Shown here: piece by piece, positions 20,368-29,629 of the stretch | Layout of the letters: the number at the start of each line of letters is the position of its first letter | How positions within the stretch are numbered: the stretch's first letter is position 1 | Source: a virus | DNA length: 56,556 nt | Direction: 5' to 3' (one strand) | Virus record (IMG/VR): IMGVR_UViG_3300009529_000009 | Position numbers and translations under genes: made by a program | The notes under the pieces: generated by a model | What the model saw: the letters and a program-made list of their open reading frames with translations, nothing else | Told to the model about the DNA's origin: nothing | Database searches by the model: none

Positions 20368-21515
20368 GCTCTAACATCGGTTCGCTCGATCAAGAACTGA
20401 CGGTACGTATTCCAGTAGCACGCCGCAGGCGTTGGCATACGGAACGTGATCACCTTGCCCAGGTTCTGTGCGTCCTCTTTCCCTGGTGCAGTGACACTGA
20501 TGTGGCTTGCTCGCTGTGACAAGTACTCAAACATGGCGAAGTCATCGTCGAATCCGCCTTGGAATGTCACAGGTATCCGCGTCCTTCGGTGCGGCGGGAA
20601 CGTCTTGTTTTTGCGGGCCACGGCATACGGCATCACACCGTAGCTCGCCTTCGACTCACCATAGACCTGGCCTCCCGCCTGGACAGCCTGGGCCTCCAAG
20701 AACTTCTTTGCGCTGCGGAATTCCATGCGGATCGAAGCATGGAATCTGATGCCCTGCCCAAACGGTGTCGCGGGCTCGGTGTCCCACTGGTTGAACGTCG
20801 CGGACACATGGTTCACGAACACCATGAGAGCGTTGTGCTTCGCGACGAGCCCGGTGATCTCTCGCAGTCCTTCGCGCACAACACGACCCCCAGAACCCGG
20901 TCGGTCGTCCTTGGAGTGTGATGCTCCGATAGTATCCCATGTGATCAGCATGGGCTTGTTGTGCTTCTTCCCACCCAAGAGGCTCTTGATCCACGCATAG
21001 CCGTCCTCGATGAACTCGAACTCAAGGTACTTCACCGCGTGAGTGTCGACACCGATGCGGGCCATGCGTGCAGGGTCGAGCGTGTACTCAGTAATCCCCA
21101 TACAGACTTCGCCGCCAACACGCTGAACCTGAGCAGCCAGGTTTTCACAGAACGTGCTCTTTCCTGTGCTGTACGCTCCGACGACCTCAATGATACGACC
21201 GACTGGAACTCCCCAGTTCGTCGCGAGCGTACCGTCAGACGGGCTCGGTATGACCTCCCCGTCCTCGGTGACAGTGGTGGGGCCACCCATGATCGCATCG
21301 AGCGGAGTACACCCACAGCTGATACGCTCGCGAACAACCGAGTAGAGCTTGGCGGTCCCGAGCACTCCGACCGGGACCGCCTGCTCTGCCTTCTTGCCCT
21401 TCTGCTTCTTTGCGGCCTGCTTCTTGGTGCTCTTCTTCTTGGCCTTCTTCTTCTTGGGCGTCGTCTTCTTGGTCTGCCTTTTCGCTACCATGAGTTCCGC
21501 ACTCCTCGTCCGCAT
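20310..21515 (-). CDS. Mirror copy: RecA-superfamily recombinase
   Basis: Twin of 35042..36247. Confidence 0.85.
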   Translation of the reverse strand: MRTRSAELMVAKRQTKKTTPKKKKAKKKSTKKQAAKKQKGKKAEQAVPVGVLGTAKLYSVVRERISCGCTPLDAIMGGPTTVTEDGEVIPSPSDGTLATNWGVPVGRIIEVVGAYSTGKSTFCENLAAQVQRVGGEVCMGITEYTLDPARMARIGVDTHAVKYLEFEFIEDGYAWIKSLLGGKKHNKPMLITWDTIGASHSKDDRPGSGGRVVREGLREITGLVAKHNALMVFVNHVSATFNQWDTEPATPFGQGIRFHASIRMEFRSAKKFLEAQAVQAGGQVYGESKASYGVMPYAVARKNKTFPPHRRTRIPVTFQGGFDDDFAMFEYLSQRASHISVTAPGKEDAQNLGKVITFRMPTPAACYWNTYRQFLIERTDVRAWMVDQCRRLAYNGFDPVG

Positions 21516-21603
21516 CGGACTTCAAGAAGGCACGTTCGACAGAGCACCGAGCCGTTGGAGGAGCCGAAGCAGTTACGCTTACCGTTCGGCCCCTCCTGCT
21601 CGT

Positions 21604-23436
21604 CTACTGGGAAAAAGGGGGCTGCTGCCAGTTCGGAGCCGCCATCCCGGCCGGTGCCGGGGCAGGCGCGGGAGCCGGTACAGCTGCTGGCACCGCCGCA
21701 GGAGTCGCGGGCGTTGCAACGGCCTTACACTTCGCGGACTTGTTGAGGTGCGTCGTCAAGCCGCGTTGGCCGCTGTACTCGTTACCGCAGGCAGGGCATA
21801 GGACCTTGTCGGCCTTGGCCTTCCCTTTCGACTTGCCCTTCTTCGCCGGTTCTCCAGCACCATCAGTAGGGGACGTTGCCACCTGCTGCGGGGCCGGAGC
21901 CGGGGGGAAAGGGCTTTGGGGTCCTCCCTGTCCCGGCATCGCCGGAGGCTGAGGGAGAGCGCCAGCCTGAGGAGCCGGTGCAGGCATGGGCATTGGTGCC
22001 GGTGCCCCTGCGGGCATAGGACCAGGAGCCATCATCGGAGCCCCTGGGGGAACAACACCCGGACCCATTGCTGGCGCCCCTACAGGAGCGCCCGGCACCG
22101 CTGGCGGCGCCCACATGTTCTGCTGTGGCTGTGCCAGCATCGGAGCTGGCGTCGGTGCCGGTGCCACGGCAGCCGGTGCCCCGCCGACCGGGGGCATCAT
22201 ACCCATCGGTCCAACTCCGGCCGGAGCTGCCACCGAGGAACCCACTGGAGCTGGCTGAGGAGCTGACTGCGGGACCCCGGTGGCAGGCTGTCCGGCCATC
22301 GCAGGCATCGGCATTGAGCTTGGGCCACCGACACCCGGTGCGGTGTTCTGGAACTGGTTCGGCGGTCCCATCACACCCACTGCAGGAGCTGGAGGCTGAG
22401 GTGCGAACTGCTGACCTGCCTGAGGTCCGAACTGCTGTCCCGGCATCCCCATCTGGCCCATCGCGGGTGCGGCTGCACCATGCGTCTGGCCTACGATGTC
22501 GGGAACGGTGAGCTGCAGATTGAGGCCGAGCTGCTCCGGATGGTAGCCTGTCATCTGCAAGCACTGCTGCGCCAGAGTCTCTGCGATCTTCATCTGGTTC
22601 TGGAGCTTCTCGACCGTCGGGATACCGAAGTTCGCGAACGAGTCGAGGTCATGCATGCCGCTGAGAATCTGCTGCATCGTGTTCGGATCACCGGCGAGCG
22701 GACCCTGCATCGTCTGTTGCCATGTGTAACTGTTCTTGCCCTGGAACGACACGGGCTTCTTGATCAGTATGATCCAACCTGTCTGAAGGTTGAGGATCGA
22801 TCCCACGTACGGCATGGACATCAGCTGCACGAGACCCGAGAACACCGAGACGGGCAGGCGCAGGACGTAAGGCTTGAGCCGCCTGTACAACATGGTGCGG
22901 CCCATGTCCTGCGTGTCGTAGATCACCGAGTTGACGTACTGGTAGGAGCGGGGCGTCATGTTGTCGAGGCTGCCGCCCATGTACTGACTGTACACATCGA
23001 TCACCTGGCAGATCGGGCACGTGAAACCGTAGTTCGGGTACGACTTCTCCCAGCACGACGAGTGCTGGTTGCCGAGCAGCTGGTGGTGCGAGCAATGGAA
23101 CTTCGACCACGCTCCACGCTGTGCAGCCGCGTCGCTCCACGGCGGGAGCACGCGGAACCAGTTGTCACCGGTCTTGAAGGAGTAGAAGTCTGTGTCCTTC
23201 TTCCGCGCCGCGTTCATCGTGCTGATTTCTTCGGCCTGTTTGCGGATGCTCTCCATGTCGACGTCACGAGCCATGATAGAGTTGACGTCGACACCCGGAG
23301 CACCACCCTGGCCGCCCGGCGGCATCGCCGGAGGCTGTGCAGGTGCGAATTGAGCCGCCTGCGGGACGACGGGTGCCATTCCCGGCTGCCCGGGCATTTG
23401 CATTCCCCCGCCAGGCATCATCTGTCCTGGTTGCAT
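21604..23436 (-). CDS. Mirror copy: gp32-like SSB candidate with Pro/Ala/Met-rich region
   Basis: Twin of 33121..34953. Confidence 0.5.
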   Translation of the reverse strand: MQPGQMMPGGGMQMPGQPGMAPVVPQAAQFAPAQPPAMPPGGQGGAPGVDVNSIMARDVDMESIRKQAEEISTMNAARKKDTDFYSFKTGDNWFRVLPPWSDAAAQRGAWSKFHCSHHQLLGNQHSSCWEKSYPNYGFTCPICQVIDVYSQYMGGSLDNMTPRSYQYVNSVIYDTQDMGRTMLYRRLKPYVLRLPVSVFSGLVQLMSMPYVGSILNLQTGWIILIKKPVSFQGKNSYTWQQTMQGPLAGDPNTMQQILSGMHDLDSFANFGIPTVEKLQNQMKIAETLAQQCLQMTGYHPEQLGLNLQLTVPDIVGQTHGAAAPAMGQMGMPGQQFGPQAGQQFAPQPPAPAVGVMGPPNQFQNTAPGVGGPSSMPMPAMAGQPATGVPQSAPQPAPVGSSVAAPAGVGPMGMMPPVGGAPAAVAPAPTPAPMLAQPQQNMWAPPAVPGAPVGAPAMGPGVVPPGAPMMAPGPMPAGAPAPMPMPAPAPQAGALPQPPAMPGQGGPQSPFPPAPAPQQVATSPTDGAGEPAKKGKSKGKAKADKVLCPACGNEYSGQRGLTTHLNKSAKCKAVATPATPAAVPAAVPAPAPAPAPAGMAAPNWQQPPFSQ

Positions 23437-23449
23437 CGCTATTACCTCC

Positions 23450-24157
23450 CTAGCCAGTCACCTGGGGTGATCGCGGGTCAGACGACTCCCTGATCAGTCC
23501 CAATTCGCGCTGGGTCCACACGCTCGCCTGGACGAGCATCTCTGTTTGCATACTGTCGAGCAGGTTCTGCAGCTGGTAGCCCAGGTACTCCCAGTCATCC
23601 TGCAGCTCCTGCAACATCGAGTGCGTCGGGTCATTCCTGATCTGCGCGTCGACCGCGTCGTTCGTCACCTTGATGCTCTTGTCCTGCATGGACATCTCAC
23701 CAAGTCTCTGACGGGTCGGCATGTCGAGGTCGCGCTGGCGCATCTTGCGCACACGCTCGACCAGGCGCTGCATCTCGGTGGACCACGTACGGTAGAACCG
23801 AATGCTCTCCGCGATCCGCACGTACTCCATGACGATCGAACGGATCTCGGTGTTCTGGAACCACGAGATGATGTTCACGATCTGCGTGTACATCGGGTTC
23901 AGGTACTGCATCGTCTCCAGCAACCGCTGATCGTTCGAGGCCTGTGTCGCCTGGTAGATCTTCTGGATCTTCGTGTAGAGGTACTGCTGCACGAAGTCGA
24001 AGGAAGGCTTGTTCACTGCCTGTCCCTCCACTGGTGGCAGATGCACATACACCTGATCCGGTGTTGGCTGCGTTCCCCCTTGCGTTGCTGGTGCAGCCTG
24101 ACCCTGCAACGCACTCTTCTTGACGGCCTTCTTCTTTGCCACTGCTCCTCCTTTCAT
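23450..24157 (-). CDS. Mirror copy: hypothetical protein (235 aa)
   Basis: Twin of 32400..33107. Confidence 0.6.
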   Translation of the reverse strand: MKGGAVAKKKAVKKSALQGQAAPATQGGTQPTPDQVYVHLPPVEGQAVNKPSFDFVQQYLYTKIQKIYQATQASNDQRLLETMQYLNPMYTQIVNIISWFQNTEIRSIVMEYVRIAESIRFYRTWSTEMQRLVERVRKMRQRDLDMPTRQRLGEMSMQDKSIKVTNDAVDAQIRNDPTHSMLQELQDDWEYLGYQLQNLLDSMQTEMLVQASVWTQRELGLIRESSDPRSPQVTG

Positions 24158-26943
24158 CAGCCAGCTCGCGGTGTCACAACCGCATGAATCTCACGTGGGC
24201 TCCAGTCGAGGTTCTGCAGTTGAAGGACCTGTCCCAACGGACCCTCGAACTGCGAAGCGACCTTCTTATAGTAGCGATCGTAGCAGGACTCTTCGTCCGA
24301 TCTCGCCTCGAAGTGTATGTGCAGCTTCTCTCCCTCGAAGTGGTCTATCTCGATCTTGTCTCCCCAAGACTTCCCGAACTCAATGCCGATCTTCAGGGGT
24401 ACGCGGAGCCACGGATACATCGCCATGGGCTCTTCGACCATGACGCGCTGTGCCAGGTGGACCAGCTTGAATAGCTCGCCAGGGAAAACGTCCCAGTAAA
24501 TGGCGTCGTGGTGGAAGATGATCAGCTTGGACTTGAGGCCCATCTCGTCCATATACTGCCGCGCTCGAATGATAGCAAGCTCCACAATGTCGGAGGCCGT
24601 CGACTGGATAGGGGTGTTCATTGCCTGGCGGATCGCATGCCGCTCACTCGTCTGCGTGTTGCCTATGTTGATGATGCTGCGTCGGCCGAATGGCGTGCTG
24701 ACGTAGCCAAACTTGAACAGCTCCTGGCTCTTCTGCGCCTTGAACTGCTCAACCGCCACAAGTGCGAGGAACTTGGCGTGAACGATATCAGCATCACGTT
24801 TGAGCATGCCGGTCTGACCCGCAAGGTTGCCCGCGCCGCCGCCGTAGAGCGAGGCAAACACACAGGTCTTCGCAATTCGACGTTCCTCGGTCGTCACATG
24901 CTCGTACGGTACATCAAACAAGAGGCTGGCCATATATCGGTGGAGGTCAGCTCCGGCCATCTCACAGTAGAAGCGGATCAGGTTGACGTCGTTTGCAAGC
25001 GAGGCGAAGACACGGACCTCGACCTGTGATTCGTCGGCACCAAGTAAACACCCGCCCTGCTCGGCCCACCGTGAAACGTACTGGCACCGGATGTTACCCT
25101 GAGCTGGAGCGCTGTGGATCGGTGGGTCTTGCGCTGAGAAGCGCCCGGTACGAGCACCTGTCACGTTCCACGTCGGGTGGACTAGACCAAACCTGTCCTG
25201 GTACTTGAGGTTCGATTCGACATACGTTCCCAGATACCTCTGCAGTGTGCGCCAGTCGCTCAGCTTCGACAGGACAGCGTGCGGCCGCTTCTTGTTGTTC
25301 CGCCTCGTCCATCCGAGCAACTGTTCAAGCTGGTCGGCCTCAGTCGTACGCGGAGGCTTGTTCGGTATCCTTGCAGGTGGCATCTTCATCACATCATAGA
25401 TCAGCGTCGCCATCTGCTGCGGAGATCCCAGGTTGACAGATTCCTTCGTGGGGTCCTTGCCCATAATCTGCAGCGTCGTCTCTGCATACTTGGTCGAGTT
25501 GATCTCGGCCTCGATCAACTTCATGCTCGACGGGATCTCTTCCTTCAGCTGCGCCACGACCCTGTTGTCGATCGCAACGCCGTCATACTGCATGTCACCG
25601 AACGGAACAATGGCATCCTGGTAGTGCCGCTTGTAGACATCATAGAGACCGTGCTCCTGGAGCATCTTCATGATCAATGGCACGAGGCGCCACGTCACAT
25701 CAGAGTCGATGCACGCGTAGAGCGCGAGGTCCTCCAGTGGTGCCACCGCGTAGCCCGCGCCCTGGCGTGCGATTGTTCTCCAGCGCAGCCAGTACTGCTG
25801 GGCGCCTTCGTCCTTTGCCTTCTTCGCTGCGCGGATCTCCTTGTCGATATACGTCCGTGCTTCCTTCACCTTGTCGATCAGCCGGTAGGACCACGAGGGT
25901 TCCTGAAGGTAGAGCCCACCCATGGTCTCCAAGTCGTTCGGCCTGCTCCCTGTGAAGATGCAGTGGTGGGCCAGCATTGGATCAAAGACGATCTGCTTCG
26001 GCATGAGCCCGAGACGGTGCCGCCACCATTGCCAGTCGAACTTCATGTTCTGGTTGGCCATGGGGATATTACAGAGGGGAGCCAGTATCTCAGAGAGTCT
26101 TGTCATCTGCCCACTGAGCGGCGATTGCCAATGGTCCATTGGAATGTAGCGACCTTGGTGGGCACGGTAGCTCACCGCGAGCCCGAGGCAGGCGAGTTGT
26201 GGGTCATTCGCTTGGAGCCCGGCGGCCTCGAAGTCTGCTGTGATGTAGCCACCCTTCGTGGTGACCTCCTGCACGCACTCCTGAACGTAGGCCTTGACTT
26301 CGTCGATACTCCTGAGCATGGCGTAGTCACGCTTGGCATACCGGGCCTGAGCGCTCTGTGATGTAGCGCCACCCTGTGCAAGACTCCAGGCGAGCTTGAT
26401 GTCGTGCATGAAGAACGTGAGCAGCGTCACATCGTTCCCTTGGCGCCGGATGTAAGAAGGGTGGATGGTCGGCACAACCGTGTATGTCTGCTGACCGATC
26501 GTTGTCTGCTGGACTGTCCCTCGGATGCTCATGATCCCAGCTGTTGTCGTTAACAACGCCTTCGTCGGGATGTCGCCCAGGGTGAGTATCACCTTCGGCT
26601 GCGCCAACTCAATGTCACGCAGCACAGACGGCCTGCACGCCTTTATGTGCGGTGCTGCTGGTCTGCCGATCTTGCCAGCCTTCGTGTTGAATGGTGCACA
26701 CCTGACTGTGTTGTTGATGCGAATCATGACGTCTGGGATCTGCATGCGTCGCAGGCAATCGCGGAGGAGTTGCCCGGCGGGTCCGATGAAGGGCACGCCG
26801 TGAAAGTCCTCTTGTGAGCCCGGCGCCTCTCCAAGGATGTAGAGCGTAGGGCGCTCCACACCCCATGGCTCTACGCCACAGGTGCGGATCACTGTCCCAA
26901 CGAGTTCCTTTAGCGGGCACTTCTCTGCTATGCAGTAAGCCAA
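24157..26943 (-). CDS. Mirror copy: UDG(family 4)-DNA polymerase A fusion
   Basis: Twin of 29614..32400. Confidence 0.9.
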   Translation of the reverse strand: MAYCIAEKCPLKELVGTVIRTCGVEPWGVERPTLYILGEAPGSQEDFHGVPFIGPAGQLLRDCLRRMQIPDVMIRINNTVRCAPFNTKAGKIGRPAAPHIKACRPSVLRDIELAQPKVILTLGDIPTKALLTTTAGIMSIRGTVQQTTIGQQTYTVVPTIHPSYIRRQGNDVTLLTFFMHDIKLAWSLAQGGATSQSAQARYAKRDYAMLRSIDEVKAYVQECVQEVTTKGGYITADFEAAGLQANDPQLACLGLAVSYRAHQGRYIPMDHWQSPLSGQMTRLSEILAPLCNIPMANQNMKFDWQWWRHRLGLMPKQIVFDPMLAHHCIFTGSRPNDLETMGGLYLQEPSWSYRLIDKVKEARTYIDKEIRAAKKAKDEGAQQYWLRWRTIARQGAGYAVAPLEDLALYACIDSDVTWRLVPLIMKMLQEHGLYDVYKRHYQDAIVPFGDMQYDGVAIDNRVVAQLKEEIPSSMKLIEAEINSTKYAETTLQIMGKDPTKESVNLGSPQQMATLIYDVMKMPPARIPNKPPRTTEADQLEQLLGWTRRNNKKRPHAVLSKLSDWRTLQRYLGTYVESNLKYQDRFGLVHPTWNVTGARTGRFSAQDPPIHSAPAQGNIRCQYVSRWAEQGGCLLGADESQVEVRVFASLANDVNLIRFYCEMAGADLHRYMASLLFDVPYEHVTTEERRIAKTCVFASLYGGGAGNLAGQTGMLKRDADIVHAKFLALVAVEQFKAQKSQELFKFGYVSTPFGRRSIINIGNTQTSERHAIRQAMNTPIQSTASDIVELAIIRARQYMDEMGLKSKLIIFHHDAIYWDVFPGELFKLVHLAQRVMVEEPMAMYPWLRVPLKIGIEFGKSWGDKIEIDHFEGEKLHIHFEARSDEESCYDRYYKKVASQFEGPLGQVLQLQNLDWSPREIHAVVTPRAG

Positions 26944-27881
26944 CGCTTGCCCCTTGGCTCCAGTGCGTCAGTGTCGAGCTGCCTATCAAACTCAGCAGCG
27001 ATCTCGCCAAAAGCCACAGCAACCTTCTTGAGCAGCACCACCAGATCGCCCTGTGCGCTCCTGAACTGCTCCGGTGTACTGTGGTAGTACTTCTCTTTGT
27101 AGTCGGACACCCACGCCAAGATACGCGCCATCGAAGACGCAGCCTTGTCGAGGTTGAAGAAGTCGAGCCACGCCGCAAGACACGCCAGGTGGGTCAAGTC
27201 GGGTTCACGGTGGTACCTGCGGGTGGTGAACACTGTTCCGCTGACCGACGCAGCCCTCTGCATCAGTCCTTCGATCTTTGTGGTGTACCTATGAAGGTGC
27301 TCCCCCGCAAGACGGTGTGACTCGATCAGCCAACGATGCGCGAGCGAGTCGAAGGTCTTTGCCTCCCTGGGACACAGACGACTGACGACGAGCGGGACGA
27401 TCTCGATGTAGGTGTACTCCATGTGCTGGTAGCTTGGGCCGCGACCGGCCGCTGTATTGAAGCTGTCGCGCATGTTTTTGACGTACAGGTCCAGCGGGAT
27501 CTCGTCGCGCTTTGGGTCCCGCTGGTAGCGTATCTTTACAGCCTCGAAGGCATCTTCCCAAGCGTAGGCCGTGACCGACTGCCAGGTCTGGCTGATCCTG
27601 GTGACGAACGCTCGCCAATTCTTGGCCCAGGTTTTAACAGCCTTCTCGAAGGGCTTGCGATTGCCGGTGGGTAGGTAGCGCACTCCGGTGGAGACCTGCC
27701 CCGGCAAGAGCGCGATGTTGACGCTTGTCCGGTGCCGGAGGTTGAGCTGGTTGTAAGCACGACGCTCTTGTTTGGGCAAGAGGGTGCAGGTGCGAACGTA
27801 GTTCGCCACCTTGTGGTGTAGTTTCGGAGGCGTCCATAGAATGAACGCGCCCGACCCAGTAAGGAAGTCGGAGATAGTCAT
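26928..27881 (-). CDS. Mirror copy: hypothetical protein (317 aa)
   Basis: Twin of 28676..29629. Confidence 0.6.
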   Translation of the reverse strand: MTISDFLTGSGAFILWTPPKLHHKVANYVRTCTLLPKQERRAYNQLNLRHRTSVNIALLPGQVSTGVRYLPTGNRKPFEKAVKTWAKNWRAFVTRISQTWQSVTAYAWEDAFEAVKIRYQRDPKRDEIPLDLYVKNMRDSFNTAAGRGPSYQHMEYTYIEIVPLVVSRLCPREAKTFDSLAHRWLIESHRLAGEHLHRYTTKIEGLMQRAASVSGTVFTTRRYHREPDLTHLACLAAWLDFFNLDKAASSMARILAWVSDYKEKYYHSTPEQFRSAQGDLVVLLKKVAVAFGEIAAEFDRQLDTDALEPRGKRWLTA

Positions 27882-27983
27882 CAGCTCCCCAGTCAGCCGA
27901 GGGCAACCTAACGGCTAGCTGGGGAGTTGTCAAGGATTTTGTGCCTCACTTTTCAGGCACTTATTACACGATCTGATTATACC

Positions 27984-28277
27984 TCACAGATCGACGAGTT
28001 TGCACACCGCCTCGTAGAGATACCTCGTGTCTCCGTAGTCACCGGAGCCTAGCTTCGCCTGCGCGAGCCGCGAGACCATGGTCTTGAACTCGGCGTCCTC
28101 CATGGCCGCCTTGATCAGGGATTCGGCACCGACGCCGTAGTCATTGCACAGCGCCTCGCCGTTCCCGACTATCAGCCAAGAGAGCTTCACGTTAAGCGCC
28201 TTCGCGATCTTCTGCGCCAGCGCCACCGAGATCTCGTACTTGCCGCGCTCGATCTGACTGACTTGGGAAGCGCATCG
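27984..28277 (-). CDS. Mirror copy: 5'-truncated XRE HTH regulator fragment
   Basis: Reverse-complement twin of 28280..28573. Confidence 0.7.
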   Translation of the reverse strand, partial: RCASQVSQIERGKYEISVALAQKIAKALNVKLSWLIVGNGEALCNDYGVGAESLIKAAMEDAEFKTMVSRLAQAKLGSGDYGDTRYLYEAVCKLVDL

Positions 28278-28279
28278 GC

Positions 28280-28573
28280 CGATGCGCTTCCCAAGTCAGT
28301 CAGATCGAGCGCGGCAAGTACGAGATCTCGGTGGCGCTGGCGCAGAAGATCGCGAAGGCGCTTAACGTGAAGCTCTCTTGGCTGATAGTCGGGAACGGCG
28401 AGGCGCTGTGCAATGACTACGGCGTCGGTGCCGAATCCCTGATCAAGGCGGCCATGGAGGACGCCGAGTTCAAGACCATGGTCTCGCGGCTCGCGCAGGC
28501 GAAGCTAGGCTCCGGTGACTACGGAGACACGAGGTATCTCTACGAGGCGGTGTGCAAACTCGTCGATCTGTGA
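28280..28573 (+). CDS. XRE/Cro-CI-type HTH transcriptional regulator, 5'-truncated at the palindrome centre (no start codon; helix 1 missing)
   Basis: The frame reads ...RCASQVSQIERGKYEISVALAQKIAKALNVKLSWLIVGNGEA... This matches HTH_XRE helix 3 plus the linker (consensus ...GVSRSTISRIENGKRNPSLETLLKIAKALGVSLDEL). The frame is open back to the symmetry centre and has an in-frame TGA at 28259 in mirrored sequence. The track ORF 28331 (GTG) is only the tail of this gene. Confidence 0.7.
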   Translation, partial: RCASQVSQIERGKYEISVALAQKIAKALNVKLSWLIVGNGEALCNDYGVGAESLIKAAMEDAEFKTMVSRLAQAKLGSGDYGDTRYLYEAVCKLVDL

Positions 28574-28575
28574 GG

Positions 28576-28672
28576 TATAATCAGATCGTGTAATAAGTGC
28601 CTGAAAAGTGAGGCACAAAATCCTTGACAACTCCCCAGCTAGCCGTTAGGTTGCCCTCGGCTGACTGGGGAG
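28576..28672 (+). promoter_or_regulatory. Regulatory region between HTH gene and downstream gene: TATAAT (28576), short hairpin (28598..28616), TTGACA (28624) and imperfect inverted repeat CTCCCCAGcTAGCCG...CGGCTgaCTGGGGAG (28631..28672)
   Basis: Consensus hexamers are present but not well spaced relative to each other. The inverted repeat abuts the RBS of the 28676 gene, so it is a candidate operator for the adjacent XRE regulator. Confidence 0.3.
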
Positions 28673-28675
28673 CTG

Positions 28676-29629
28676 ATGACTATCTCCGACTTCCTTACTG
28701 GGTCGGGCGCGTTCATTCTATGGACGCCTCCGAAACTACACCACAAGGTGGCGAACTACGTTCGCACCTGCACCCTCTTGCCCAAACAAGAGCGTCGTGC
28801 TTACAACCAGCTCAACCTCCGGCACCGGACAAGCGTCAACATCGCGCTCTTGCCGGGGCAGGTCTCCACCGGAGTGCGCTACCTACCCACCGGCAATCGC
28901 AAGCCCTTCGAGAAGGCTGTTAAAACCTGGGCCAAGAATTGGCGAGCGTTCGTCACCAGGATCAGCCAGACCTGGCAGTCGGTCACGGCCTACGCTTGGG
29001 AAGATGCCTTCGAGGCTGTAAAGATACGCTACCAGCGGGACCCAAAGCGCGACGAGATCCCGCTGGACCTGTACGTCAAAAACATGCGCGACAGCTTCAA
29101 TACAGCGGCCGGTCGCGGCCCAAGCTACCAGCACATGGAGTACACCTACATCGAGATCGTCCCGCTCGTCGTCAGTCGTCTGTGTCCCAGGGAGGCAAAG
29201 ACCTTCGACTCGCTCGCGCATCGTTGGCTGATCGAGTCACACCGTCTTGCGGGGGAGCACCTTCATAGGTACACCACAAAGATCGAAGGACTGATGCAGA
29301 GGGCTGCGTCGGTCAGCGGAACAGTGTTCACCACCCGCAGGTACCACCGTGAACCCGACTTGACCCACCTGGCGTGTCTTGCGGCGTGGCTCGACTTCTT
29401 CAACCTCGACAAGGCTGCGTCTTCGATGGCGCGTATCTTGGCGTGGGTGTCCGACTACAAAGAGAAGTACTACCACAGTACACCGGAGCAGTTCAGGAGC
29501 GCACAGGGCGATCTGGTGGTGCTGCTCAAGAAGGTTGCTGTGGCTTTTGGCGAGATCGCTGCTGAGTTTGATAGGCAGCTCGACACTGACGCACTGGAGC
29601 CAAGGGGCAAGCGTTGGCTTACTGCATAG
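28676..29629 (+). CDS. hypothetical protein (317 aa)
   Basis: ATG with GGGGAG RBS. Preceded by an inverted repeat and promoter-like hexamers. No recognisable motifs. Confidence 0.6.
   Translation: MTISDFLTGSGAFILWTPPKLHHKVANYVRTCTLLPKQERRAYNQLNLRHRTSVNIALLPGQVSTGVRYLPTGNRKPFEKAVKTWAKNWRAFVTRISQTWQSVTAYAWEDAFEAVKIRYQRDPKRDEIPLDLYVKNMRDSFNTAAGRGPSYQHMEYTYIEIVPLVVSRLCPREAKTFDSLAHRWLIESHRLAGEHLHRYTTKIEGLMQRAASVSGTVFTTRRYHREPDLTHLACLAAWLDFFNLDKAASSMARILAWVSDYKEKYYHSTPEQFRSAQGDLVVLLKKVAVAFGEIAAEFDRQLDTDALEPRGKRWLTA

Larger units (their letters stand above)
1..28278. repeat. Left arm of whole-window perfect inverted duplication (reverse complement of 28279..56556)
   Basis: Window ends are exact reverse complements. 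All ORFs have identical twins at 56557-x. The centre palindrome ...cttgggaagcgcatcggcc|gatgcgcttcccaag... was verified base by base. Confidence 0.97.

Noticed and set aside
28331-28573. 80-aa ORF MALAQKIAKALNVKLSWL... called as a complete gene
   Set aside because: Its frame is open upstream to the palindrome centre and continues the HTH helix 3 (…SQVSQIERGKYEISV). It is the 3' portion of a truncated XRE gene, not an independent gene.
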